From positions 151,073 through 215,072 of the forward strand of contig DHGX01000001.1 in NCBI GenBank assembly GCA_002402995.1: a stretch of 64,000 nucleotides of DNA. The letters are read 5' to 3'. The position numbers were made by a program, and so were the translations under genes. The notes under the pieces were generated by a model, which had not been told where the DNA came from, did no database searches, and worked only from the letters and a program-made list of their open reading frames with translations. This DNA is from Patescibacteria group bacterium UBA4787. Its GTDB lineage: Bacteria > Patescibacteriota > Patescibacteriia > UBA2591 > UBA4787. The first letter of the stretch is position 1. Each line of letters starts with the position of its first letter. This document shows, in pieces, positions 1-8,106 of the stretch.

Positions 1-793
1 CAAGGCCCAATTCATCGATCTCTAGCATCTCCAGGGATTGTTTTACTGAATTTTCGCTGATGACTTTTATTTTTTTCATTTGGGCGAAATCGCGCACGCG
101 TTTCAAAAGTCGATTAGCGACTCTCGGCGTGTAGCGCGAGCGCTTGGCGATTTCTTCGGCTGCCTCGTCGGTTAATTCTAATCCTAAAATTTTCGCCGAA
201 CGATGAATGATTTGTTTGATGTGTTCAACTTCGTAAAAATCCAATTGATAGGTTACGCCAAAGCGATCGCGTAAAGGCGAAGAAAGCAGGCTGGGACGAG
301 TGGTGGCGCCGATTAAAGTGAAATTCGGTAAATCCAAACGCAAGGTTTTGGCTGCGGGGCCTTTGCCCAAGATTAAATCAATACTGTAATCCTCCATGGC
401 AGGATAAAGAATTTCTTCAATTAAATGATTCAAGCGATGGACTTCATCTATAAATAGGATATCTCCATCGGAAAGGTTAGTCAAAATAGCGGCCAAATCG
501 CCGGCGCGTTCAATAGCAGGCCCAGAAGTGATTTTAATATTGACCCCTATTTCTTTGGCAATAATATAAGCTAGCGTGGTTTTGCCCAAACCCGGTCCGC
601 CATAGAGGAGAATGTGTTCAATGGCTTCATTTCTTTGCTGGGCCGCGCCAATGAAAATTTTTAGATTTTCTTTCAGTTTTTCCTGACCGACAAAATCTTG
701 CAGCTTATGGGGCCGCAAATTGGTATCTAATTCCTGGTCTTGCTCTGAATTTTCTTCTGTCGGAGATATGTTTTGGTCTTCTATGTTTGGCAT
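1..793 (-). CDS. ruvB: Holliday junction DNA helicase RuvB (partial; the C-terminus runs off the window start)
   Basis: The reverse-complement translation from the ATG at 793..791 reads MPNIEDQ...[16 protein letters not shown]...[20 protein letters not shown] (Walker A)...LFIDEVHRL (Walker B)...[18 protein letters not shown], which is canonical RuvB. This ORF is absent from the supplied track because it is truncated by the window edge. Confidence 0.85.
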   Translation of the reverse strand, partial: MPNIEDQNISPTEENSEQDQELDTNLRPHKLQDFVGQEKLKENLKIFIGAAQQRNEAIEHILLYGGPGLGKTTLAYIIAKEIGVNIKITSGPAIERAGDLAAILTNLSDGDILFIDEVHRLNHLIEEILYPAMEDYSIDLILGKGPAAKTLRLDLPNFTLIGATTRPSLLSSPLRDRFGVTYQLDFYEVEHIKQIIHRSAKILGLELTDEAAEEIAKRSRYTPRVANRLLKRVRDFAQMKKIKVISENSVKQSLEMLEIDELGL

Positions 794-854
794 AATTTTT
801 ATTTAATATGGGTGTAGTAGTGTTGAACTAAACCAAGATAAAAACAATAATATA

Positions 855-931
855 TGGTGGGCCTGGATGGACTCGAACCATCGACCCCGGCTTTATAAGA
901 GCCGTGCTCTAACCAACTGAGCTACAGGCCC
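855..931 (-). tRNA. tRNA-Ile with anticodon UAU, CCA encoded
   Basis: A manual cloverleaf on the minus strand fits well. Acceptor GGGCCTG/CAGGCCC. D-stem GCTC/GAGC. Anticodon stem CGGCT/AGCCG with loop CTTATAA (anticodon TAT). T-stem GATGG/CCATC with loop TTCGAGT. Discriminator A followed by CCA. Confidence 0.85.
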
Positions 932-1034
932 ATATATTTTTTTAATCTCTTACAATAAAGATTATCGTAAAAAAGACAACTTGTCAAAATATTCTTATTT
1001 GTTAAAATCTACTGATAATCATTAATTTTAAACT

Positions 1035-1280
1035 ATGCTCGATAGAATTTTAATTGGCTTGGCCGGTATTATAGTCGGAGCTATGGTGGTTATGAAATCA
1101 GAATGGTTTTTGAGTAATTTGGGATCAGTCCAGTGGGCCGAAGAAAAGCTCGGTACTGAGGGTGGTAGCCGTTTATTCTATAAATTAATCGGTTTAGCGA
1201 TTATATTTTTTGGTATTTTTGTTATGACTGGCATTACTACCGACATTATGAACGGTTTTGCTAAGATGATAGGGTTATAA
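1035..1280 (+). CDS. small hypothetical membrane protein (81 aa)
   Basis: The ORF has two hydrophobic segments. No family was recognised. Confidence 0.3.
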   Translation: MLDRILIGLAGIIVGAMVVMKSEWFLSNLGSVQWAEEKLGTEGGSRLFYKLIGLAIIFFGIFVMTGITTDIMNGFAKMIGL

Positions 1281-1397
1281 ATAATTATTTCGGGCCGGTA
1301 GCCCCTCACTTGAAGAAGTGTCCCCAAGTGAGCGAAATATGTTTTATTGTATATTTAGGTAAAATTATATCAAAGAGTTTTTGATTATCTAAGTGAG

Positions 1398-1471
1398 GGG
1401 CCGGTAGCTCAGCTGGTTAGAGCGTCACATTTGCAATGTGAAGGTCAGGAGTTCGAATCTCCTCCGGTCCA
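1398..1471 (+). tRNA. tRNA-Ala with anticodon UGC, no CCA encoded
   Basis: A manual cloverleaf fits. Acceptor GGGCCGG/CCGGTCC with the G3:U70 alanine identity pair. D-stem GCTC/GAGC. Anticodon stem TCACA/TGTGA with loop TTTGCAA (anticodon TGC). T-stem AGGAG/CTCCT with loop TTCGAAT. Discriminator A. Confidence 0.9.
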
Positions 1472-1534
1472 TTTATAAATTACGCTTGTGTGGTATCATG
1501 GAAATCGGCAGCTCGCCCCGTAGTGAAACTAAGT

Positions 1535-1571
1535 TTCTACTACTGGGGTTCGATTCTGCCTGGGTCCACCA
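1535..1571 (+). ncRNA. tRNA-like 3' fragment (T-loop GGTTCGATTC ... TCCACCA) with no complete cloverleaf found
   Basis: The segment ends ...ctggggttcgattctgcctgggtccacca (T-loop-like plus a CCA end). I could not find a matching 5' acceptor strand, D-arm or anticodon arm in 1472..1534. The T-stem pairing is imperfect. Confidence 0.3.
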
Positions 1572-1738
1572 AAGTTTATTATCAAAATTTTGTCGGGTGC
1601 GTTTTTGCGGCGAGAGCGGGGAAAAACTCGAAAGATAAATTTATAACTCCAATAAAAAATAAAATAATTAAGAGTGAATATTTAATAAAATAATATCTAA
1701 AAGGTCGATCCCAAAATCGATTTAATAATTATAAATCT

Positions 1739-2098
1739 ATGGAAGAATCTACCATACAACAAAATCAACCACAAGAAAATCCATTTCAAGCCGCGGGTAC
1801 TCAAAAAAATACCTTTATGGCTATTATTGCTTATATAATATTCTTTGTTCCATTGTTGACCGAAGCAAAAAAAGATCCATTCGTTAAATATCATATTAAA
1901 CAAGGGCTACTTCTTTTTATCGGATGGATAGCCGTGAGTATTATTGATTATATCCTTCCTTATTATGGTTGGATTATTGTTCGGCTGTTGAACCTCGCAT
2001 TATTTATTTTAATGGTTGTTGGAATCATGTCCGCGGCCAAAGGAGAACAAAAACCATTACCGGTAATCGGTAAGATTGGAGAACAATTTAAGTTTTAG
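1739..2098 (+). CDS. small membrane protein, DUF4870-like
   Basis: The ORF has two TM helices and a KDPFVKYHIKQGLLL motif that resembles the fHakQ signature of the DUF4870 family. Confidence 0.4.
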   Translation: MEESTIQQNQPQENPFQAAGTQKNTFMAIIAYIIFFVPLLTEAKKDPFVKYHIKQGLLLFIGWIAVSIIDYILPYYGWIIVRLLNLALFILMVVGIMSAAKGEQKPLPVIGKIGEQFKF

Positions 2099-2161
2099 AA
2101 TTTATATCAAACACAAAAACTGCCTCATTAAGGGTGGTTTTTTGATTTTCTGTTATTTTTT

Positions 2162-2170
2162 TGGTAGAAT
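2162..2170 (+). promoter_or_regulatory. candidate extended -10 promoter element (TGgTAGAAT) for the ktrBA operon
   Basis: The sequence tggtagaat matches the TGnTATAAT-type extended -10. It lies ~170 nt upstream of the ktrB-like start. The -35 is weak. Confidence 0.35.
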
Positions 2171-2194
2171 AAACTCTAATGTCTCAATTTTATT

Positions 2195-2306
2195 CGCTTC
2201 GCTGACCAGCCTCGTCAAGTTCGAGTCTGGGCAGGAGCTCCTGCGAAGCGGATGAGCGATCCGCTAGCTCGCTACGCCAATACGTAAGCATGGCGAACTG
2301 GTGGAG
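2195..2306 (+). ncRNA. GC-rich structured 5' leader upstream of ktrB; candidate cis-regulatory RNA, class unassigned
   Basis: This is a ~110-nt island of roughly 60% GC inside an AT-rich intergenic region. An 8-bp stem cgcttcgc (2195..2202) pairs with gcgaagcg (2243..2250). It encloses an inner hairpin ccagcctcg-tcaagtt-cgagtctgg (2206..2230) and the self-complementary AGGAGCTCCT. Further hairpins follow at gagcga/tcgct. Confidence 0.35.
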
Positions 2307-2338
2307 AATATAATTTATTTAAATATACTGAATATTTT

Positions 2339-4084
2339 GTGGATTGGCGAAAGAGAATATCAAGTATTTTGAACTGGTTTATTATTCTAGTTGCCGGGCT
2401 AGCGATTTTTGCGTTAATTACTGAATATGGATTTTATACCTCGGTTAGCCGTTTCTTTTTACATCAAGCACAATTGTTTTTAATTTTTGCCATCAATTTT
2501 CTGATTTTAATCAAATTTTTGTTGGCGCATAATCGCATTTTATATTTAAAAAATAAACGCGGCTATTTTTTATTATCTGCCGCGTTAATTTTAATACTCC
2601 TCGCGATTCATTTTATTGGTTCGCCAGAATTTTTAGATAATTTTTTAGAAAAATTTTTAGGCATCAAGACTTTTCATTTTTCTGTCCAGTTTTATTTGTT
2701 CGTCTTTGTTCTTTTGGGCATTGCCAATGTCAACGCAACTATTACTGCTTTGCGCGGAACTCTGGTTCGGCCGATATTTTTAATTCCTTTGTCTTTTGCT
2801 TTGATTATTTTTATCGGCACAATGTTTTTAATGTTTCCGCGCGCGGTGCATTTTGGCGAGAAAATTCCATGGGTAGACGCTTTATTCACCGCCACCTCGG
2901 CCACTTGCGTGACAGGATTGATAATACAAGATACGGGAACGTATTTTTCTCGTTTCGGCCAATTGATTATTTTACTTTTAATCCAGATTGGAGGCCTAGG
3001 CATCGTCACTTTTACTACTTTTTTCAGTCTAATTTTGGGTCGGCAGCTTGGTTTGCGCGAACAAGCATTCTTGGGCGACGCTTTGAATTTAAGTAATTGG
3101 CACAAAGCCGGTCGATTGGTGATTAGAATTTTATTATTTACTTTTGTTATTGAGGGGCTGGGCATTCTTTTGCTTTATTGGCAATTTATTCCACGCTTTG
3201 GATCAATTTTTCACAATTTCTATTTGAGCGCTTTTCATGTAATTTCCGCCTTTAATAACGCAGGATTTTCTTTATTCAGTGATAGTTTAGAGTCATTTAA
3301 AAGCAATGTTAACATAAACTTAATTATTACCACGCTAATTATTTTGGGTGGTTTAGGGTTTCCCGTATTATTTGAATTATTTCATTATTTCAAAGATAAA
3401 ATTACGAAACAAAGAAGAGTAATTTCTTTTAACGCTAAGGTTATTTTAATAACAACCCTATGTTTAATTTTTAGCGGCGCGATCCTAATTTACCTTTTTG
3501 AAAATAATCGTTTGGCTGGTTTTAGTTTTACAGAAAAGATCTTGGGTTCTTATTTTCAGTCGGTGACGGCTCGCACTGCTGGTTTTAATACGATTGATGT
3601 CGGCGGATTGGCGTCCGCTACGGTATTTATTTTAATTTTTTTGATGTTTATTGGAGCTTCTCCTGCTTCTGCGGGCGGCGGCATCAAAACTACCGCCCTG
3701 GCGACATTGTTGGCTACAGTTAAATCATGGTTTATGGGGAGGCCTTCGGCGGAAATATTTAAAAGACGTCTGTCTGAAACAGTGGTTAGGCAGGCCTTAA
3801 TGCTTTTTATTTTGGCATTAGTCTGGGTCAGTATATGTGTTTTTATTTTGTCTTTGACTGAGAAGGCCGATTTATTAGATATAATCTTTGAAGAGGTCTC
3901 AGCCTTTGGCACAGTTGGGTTGTCGCGAGGTATTACTTTTCAATTGACCGACATAGGCAAATTAATTATTATTATGAGTATGTTTGTCGGTCGCGTTGGA
4001 CCAGTCGCATTAGCGGTTTATATCTTAGAAAGAGGAGTCAATAAACACTATAAATATCCAGAAGGGAAAATAAATATTGGCTAA
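2339..4084 (+). CDS. ktrB: TrkH/KtrB-family K+ uptake membrane subunit
   Basis: A multi-TM protein carrying TrkH/KtrB signatures: TSATCVTGL, SAFNNAGFSL, TARTAGFNT and GGGIKTTA (the Gly-containing pore-loop analogues). The GTG start at 2339 is not certain. Confidence 0.8.
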   Translation: MDWRKRISSILNWFIILVAGLAIFALITEYGFYTSVSRFFLHQAQLFLIFAINFLILIKFLLAHNRILYLKNKRGYFLLSAALILILLAIHFIGSPEFLDNFLEKFLGIKTFHFSVQFYLFVFVLLGIANVNATITALRGTLVRPIFLIPLSFALIIFIGTMFLMFPRAVHFGEKIPWVDALFTATSATCVTGLIIQDTGTYFSRFGQLIILLLIQIGGLGIVTFTTFFSLILGRQLGLREQAFLGDALNLSNWHKAGRLVIRILLFTFVIEGLGILLLYWQFIPRFGSIFHNFYLSAFHVISAFNNAGFSLFSDSLESFKSNVNINLIITTLIILGGLGFPVLFELFHYFKDKITKQRRVISFNAKVILITTLCLIFSGAILIYLFENNRLAGFSFTEKILGSYFQSVTARTAGFNTIDVGGLASATVFILIFLMFIGASPASAGGGIKTTALATLLATVKSWFMGRPSAEIFKRRLSETVVRQALMLFILALVWVSICVFILSLTEKADLLDIIFEEVSAFGTVGLSRGITFQLTDIGKLIIIMSMFVGRVGPVALAVYILERGVNKHYKYPEGKINIG

Positions 4085-4138
4085 TTTATTAATTAAGAAA
4101 CAAGAATTAAGGCGTAAGATTAAATAATTACACAATAT

Positions 4139-4813
4139 ATGAAAAAAATAGCGGTTATTGGTTTGGGTCAATTCGGCCAAACTTTGGCTGAAACTTTGAC
4201 GCAGCAGGGCGCAGAGGTTTTGGTTATTGATAAGAACGAGAAATTAATCGAAGACTTTAAAGACAAGACCGCCTTGGCGGTGGTGGCCGATGCCACCGAA
4301 GAAGAAGCTTTGTCGGCGCAAGGTATTCAAGATTTTGACGCAGTGGTCGTGGCGATAGGCGATGATAATTTTTTAGTCACTATTTTAATCACCACGCTCT
4401 TAAAGAAAATTGGCGTTAATAAGGTTATTGCTCGCGGCATCAGGAGCTCTGATTCACAAATCGAAGAGAAAATTTTGGAATTAGTCGGCGCGGATCGCAT
4501 TGTTCTTCCTTCGGTTGAAACAGCCAAGCGTTTGGCGCAAGAAGTTTTGACTACGGATATTTTAAATTACATTCCGATTTGTGAGGGTTATAGCGTAGTG
4601 AAAATTGAATCACCTAACATATTTTTTAACAAATCAATCAAAGATTTGCAGATCAGAGATAAATACCGCCTGAATTTGATTGGCATTGAAAGAGACGATA
4701 AAACGAATTATCTGCTGCGGTCTAGTGATAAAATCGAACCAGGCGATCAATTGATTATTTTAGGGAAGGAAGAAGAAGTAGAGAGGTTCAGCAAAAATAA
4801 CGAAGAAGAATAA
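4139..4813 (+). CDS. ktrA: KtrA/TrkA-type RCK-domain K+ uptake regulatory subunit
   Basis: The N-terminal Rossmann motif IAVIGLGQFGQTLAETL marks the RCK_N domain and an RCK_C-like region follows. The 224-aa size matches KtrA. The gene sits immediately downstream of ktrB. Confidence 0.8.
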   Translation: MKKIAVIGLGQFGQTLAETLTQQGAEVLVIDKNEKLIEDFKDKTALAVVADATEEEALSAQGIQDFDAVVVAIGDDNFLVTILITTLLKKIGVNKVIARGIRSSDSQIEEKILELVGADRIVLPSVETAKRLAQEVLTTDILNYIPICEGYSVVKIESPNIFFNKSIKDLQIRDKYRLNLIGIERDDKTNYLLRSSDKIEPGDQLIILGKEEEVERFSKNNEEE

Positions 4814-4889
4814 TCATTGATCGAGAATTATATTCTAAATTTTATATTTCATGCCCCCGTTTTAATATTTAATAGTTTGCAAGCTTAAA

Positions 4890-5396
4890 ATGAATTTTCG
4901 AATTCGCCAAATAAAAGAACGAGAAAGAGTGATTCTCGGCATTGATCCGGGTTTTGCGATTTTAGGTTATGGCGTAATCGAGGAAAACGCCGGCGAAGAA
5001 AATTCTATTTGCTTCGGCTGTTTGCGCACCTTGGCCAAAGAAAATTTCGTGGAACGCTTGGAGAAAATTTATAAAGGCATTAATTCTTTAATCAAGGAGT
5101 ATAAACCGGACGAGATTGCTATTGAAAAAATATTTTTTGGGAAAAATACTAAAACAGCCATGCAAATTGGCGAAGTGCGCGGCATTATTCTTTTAACAGC
5201 CATTCAGAATAATATTCAGATCTTTGAATATACGCCTCTACAGGTTAAGCAGGCAATTACTAGCTATGGTCAAGCCGACAAACACCAAATCCAGAAAATG
5301 GTGAAACTAATTTTGAAGTTGAAAGAAATTCCTAAGCCAGATGATGCGGCAGATGCTTTGGCTATTGCCATAACACACTGTCACTCGAAAAAATAA
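4890..5396 (+). CDS. ruvC: crossover junction endodeoxyribonuclease RuvC
   Basis: The N-terminus ILGIDPGFAILGYGVIE and the C-terminus DAADALAIAITH are the RuvC catalytic Asp/His signature regions. The 168-aa length fits. Confidence 0.85.
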   Translation: MNFRIRQIKERERVILGIDPGFAILGYGVIEENAGEENSICFGCLRTLAKENFVERLEKIYKGINSLIKEYKPDEIAIEKIFFGKNTKTAMQIGEVRGIILLTAIQNNIQIFEYTPLQVKQAITSYGQADKHQIQKMVKLILKLKEIPKPDDAADALAIAITHCHSKK

Positions 5397-5534
5397 AGAT
5401 AAACTATAATAAATAATTATATAAACTAATTATTTAACGACATACGAGTTTACTCGTATATTCTATTCTCTTGCTTTAAATTTTTTGTTCAACTAAAATA
5501 ATTACAACAACTTTTATTTATTATTTATAAGATT

Positions 5535-6221
5535 ATGGAAATTACTACTTGGCAAATTATTTTTCGTTTAGTTATTGCGATTATTTTGGGCGGCATTATT
5601 GGCTGGGAAAGAGAAAGGCGAGCTAAAACCGCCGGTTTGCGCACACACATTTTGATTTGTTTGGGCAGTACTTTGGCAATGCTTATCTCTTATTACGTTT
5701 ACGCTCATGGTTCAAGCGATTTGCCTTTGCGTTCCGACCTTTCCAGGATTGCAGCCGGCGTGCTTCAGGGTATCGGCTTACTATGCGTAGCATCGGTTTT
5801 GCGTTACAAAGATTCAGTAATCGGTCTTTCCACTTCGGCCAGTCTTTGGACGGTTTCCGCCGTCGGTTTAGCGGTGGGCGCTGGTTTTTATTCAGCAGCA
5901 GTTGTCACTGTTGCTTTGATTATGATTGTCTTGATCATTATCGCCAAAATAGAAAACAGATACATTCGCAGTCGTTGGCATAAAAATTTAAATATTCGTT
6001 TGGGTGATAATCCAAAAGTTTTTGAAAGGATAATTAGCTTAGCAGGCAACTACGAATTAAAAATAAAAAATATAGAGCCGAGCTTGGGAGAAGATGGGCA
6101 TAGCAGAAATTTTATTTTACAACTGGAATATATTACCGACAACCACGAAGATTTTATTAAAGAATTGTCTTCCATAGACGGAGTTTTAGAGGTTAAGATT
6201 CAACAAGAAGCCAGATTTTGA
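5535..6221 (+). CDS. mgtC: MgtC/SapB-family membrane protein with C-terminal ACT-like domain
   Basis: The N-terminus RLVIAIILGGIIGWERE is the MgtC family signature. A TM core and a soluble C-terminal domain follow. Confidence 0.8.
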   Translation: MEITTWQIIFRLVIAIILGGIIGWERERRAKTAGLRTHILICLGSTLAMLISYYVYAHGSSDLPLRSDLSRIAAGVLQGIGLLCVASVLRYKDSVIGLSTSASLWTVSAVGLAVGAGFYSAAVVTVALIMIVLIIIAKIENRYIRSRWHKNLNIRLGDNPKVFERIISLAGNYELKIKNIEPSLGEDGHSRNFILQLEYITDNHEDFIKELSSIDGVLEVKIQQEARF

Positions 6222-6362
6222 TTTATGCCAGGTAGCGAAAATTCGATTAATCCTCGTTTTCTTTTGATAGAATTGTTATGCCTCCATCCTGGCACAAACG
6301 AAAATAATTTATTCTAAAGGAAAAATTTAACCAAGATTTATATCGAATTTCTACTACCTGGT

Positions 6363-6902
6363 ATGAGAAGTATTAAAAAAACAAGTTTTGTATTAATTTT
6401 TATTGCAATCGAGATTCTCGTTTTATCGAGTTTTCGAGGTGTTACTTTAGCTGCGCCGGCGCAAGATAATTCGCACGGCACTTTTTACGATATTTTCTCG
6501 GATGCCACAGGAATTACAACCACCGGTAGCGCGGAATTTGATACTTATCAGAATAATATTAGAATAGCAGACAACAATAATGCCAGTCTTCATCTTGGCT
6601 CACTTTTCATTTTTAAGATTTTTAATCCCAGTGTTTTAATCAAACCGTTAGGCAAGATTTTCGATGTTGACACTCAAAAATCGATCGGCCGAAGCCTGGT
6701 TTATTTGTTCAAACCCCAGCTTAATGAACTTACTCAAACACAAGTTGCCGACACACAAGGACGTTGTGGTTTCTTGATCGGAGATGAAAAATATTATTTG
6801 GTCGCTCAAAAACCCGGCTATGTTTTTCCTCAAGACAAGATGGAAATTGTCGGTCAAGCCGGGAGCATGGTGAAGAAAGATTTGGGGATGCGAAAAATCT
6901 AA
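6363..6902 (+). CDS. hypothetical secreted protein (signal peptide)
   Basis: A hydrophobic signal-like N-terminus FVLIFIAIEILVLSSFRGVTLAAPA is present. No family was recognised. Confidence 0.3.
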   Translation: MRSIKKTSFVLIFIAIEILVLSSFRGVTLAAPAQDNSHGTFYDIFSDATGITTTGSAEFDTYQNNIRIADNNNASLHLGSLFIFKIFNPSVLIKPLGKIFDVDTQKSIGRSLVYLFKPQLNELTQTQVADTQGRCGFLIGDEKYYLVAQKPGYVFPQDKMEIVGQAGSMVKKDLGMRKI

Positions 6903-6940
6903 TTATAAACAAGGCTTGAAATTGTCTCGCTTCGTTGAAA

Positions 6941-6966
6941 TCAAAGTTGATACTTTGATTTTTCTC
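6941..6966 (+). terminator. putative intrinsic terminator after the 6363..6902 gene
   Basis: A hairpin atcaaag-ttgata-ctttgat is followed by tttt. Confidence 0.35.
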
Positions 6967-7009
6967 CCGCTCACCAATTATTATATATTTATTAATTTTA
7001 TTATTTTGG

Positions 7010-8059
7010 ATGAGATTATCCGAATTTAGTTATAATTTACCCAAAGAATTAATCGCCCAAGAGCCTGTTTCGCCTCGCGATCATTCGCGGTTGATGGTTT
7101 TAAATCGCAAAACCAAAAAAATTATTCATAAATATTTTTTTGATTTGCCGCAGTTTTTATCCAAGGGAGATATTTTAGTCTTTAACAACTCCAAGGTTAT
7201 TCCGGCGAAATTAATTGGCCAAAAAGAAAGCGGTGGCAAAAGCGAAGTTTTAATTCTAAAAGAACTGGCTAACCAGAACTGGGAAATTATTTTAAAAGCT
7301 CGGCGATTAAAGCTCAAGCAAAAAATTTATTTTAGTCCGAATTTTTATTTAACGATTGTCAATAAATTATCTCCGCAAACATGGGAAGCAGAATTTAATT
7401 TAAAAGAAAAAGAATTTTGGCAAGCGATAAATAAATTCGGCCAAGCGCCGCTCCCGCCTTATATAAAGAAATCATCCGATTTAAAAAAATACCAGACAAT
7501 TTACGCCAAAATTGAAGGGTCGGTGGCCGCGCCTACGGCCGGCTTTCATTTTACGGAAAATTTAATGACAGAACTGAGGAATCGAGGTGTTGTTTTTGAA
7601 TACGTAACTTTACATGTCGGCTTGGGAACCTTTCAGCCGGTGCGAGAGGCAAATATCGAAGAACACAAGATTCACAAGGAATGCGCGACTTTGGACAAAG
7701 AAACCGCTAAGCGCCTTAATCAATATAAAAACGAAGGCCGAAGAATCGTGGCTGTGGGCACTACTGCGATGCGTGTTTTGGAATTTGCTGCTGATAAAAA
7801 AGGGCAACTTCAGCCTTTTAGCGGCGACGTGGATATTTTTATTTATCCGGGTTGTGAATTTTCCGCCCATGGCAGATCCGCTTCTGGCAGAAAATTTTTT
7901 ATTGACGCTTTAATTACCAATTTTCACTTGCCAGAGACAACACTTTTGATGTTGGTGTGCGCTTTTGCAGATAAAGACTTTATAACAAAAACCTATCAAA
8001 AAGCTATTCAAAAAAAATATAGATTTTATTCCTTTGGCGACGCGATGCTGATCCTTTGA
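7010..8059 (+). CDS. queA: S-adenosylmethionine:tRNA ribosyltransferase-isomerase QueA
   Basis: The N-terminus MRLSEFSYNLPKELIAQEP is the QueA hallmark. Length is 349 aa. Confidence 0.85.
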   Translation: MRLSEFSYNLPKELIAQEPVSPRDHSRLMVLNRKTKKIIHKYFFDLPQFLSKGDILVFNNSKVIPAKLIGQKESGGKSEVLILKELANQNWEIILKARRLKLKQKIYFSPNFYLTIVNKLSPQTWEAEFNLKEKEFWQAINKFGQAPLPPYIKKSSDLKKYQTIYAKIEGSVAAPTAGFHFTENLMTELRNRGVVFEYVTLHVGLGTFQPVREANIEEHKIHKECATLDKETAKRLNQYKNEGRRIVAVGTTAMRVLEFAADKKGQLQPFSGDVDIFIYPGCEFSAHGRSASGRKFFIDALITNFHLPETTLLMLVCAFADKDFITKTYQKAIQKKYRFYSFGDAMLIL

Positions 8060-8106
8060 TAATAAAAAATCACAGTAGAGACGTTTTTCCCGGATTTTTT
8101 CAAAAT

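Noticed and set aside
1438-1693. Track ORFs 1438..1638 (+) and 1490..1693 (+)
   Set aside because: They overlap the tRNA-Ala gene and the tRNA-like fragment, in a region with no coding signal. Their translations are low-complexity. I treat them as spurious.
2099-2135. Intrinsic terminator after the DUF4870-like gene
   Set aside because: A T-run (ggttttttgatttt) is present, but I could not build a convincing upstream stem (cctcattaagggtgg is not self-complementary).
2195-2306. Calling the ktrB leader a ydaO-type c-di-AMP riboswitch
   Set aside because: The context fits, but I could not recognise the conserved ydaO sequence blocks. It is kept only as an unclassified structured leader.
1472-2320. 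tmRNA (ssrA) hypothesis for the tRNA-like 3' end or for the GC-rich element at 2195..2306
   Set aside because: A one-piece tmRNA ending at 1571 would have to start inside the 1035..1280 ORF and tRNA-Ala. No GGGG...GATTCGAC 5' domain and no convincing tag reading frame (ending in ...LAA) were found. The candidate mini-ORF ends in ...YANT. Not supported.
2692-3912. Minus-strand and alternate-frame ORFs inside the ktrB gene (2692..3165, 2869..3096, 3556..3912)
   Set aside because: They lie entirely inside a strongly supported transporter CDS and have Arg/Lys/Pro-rich low-complexity translations typical of antisense frames.
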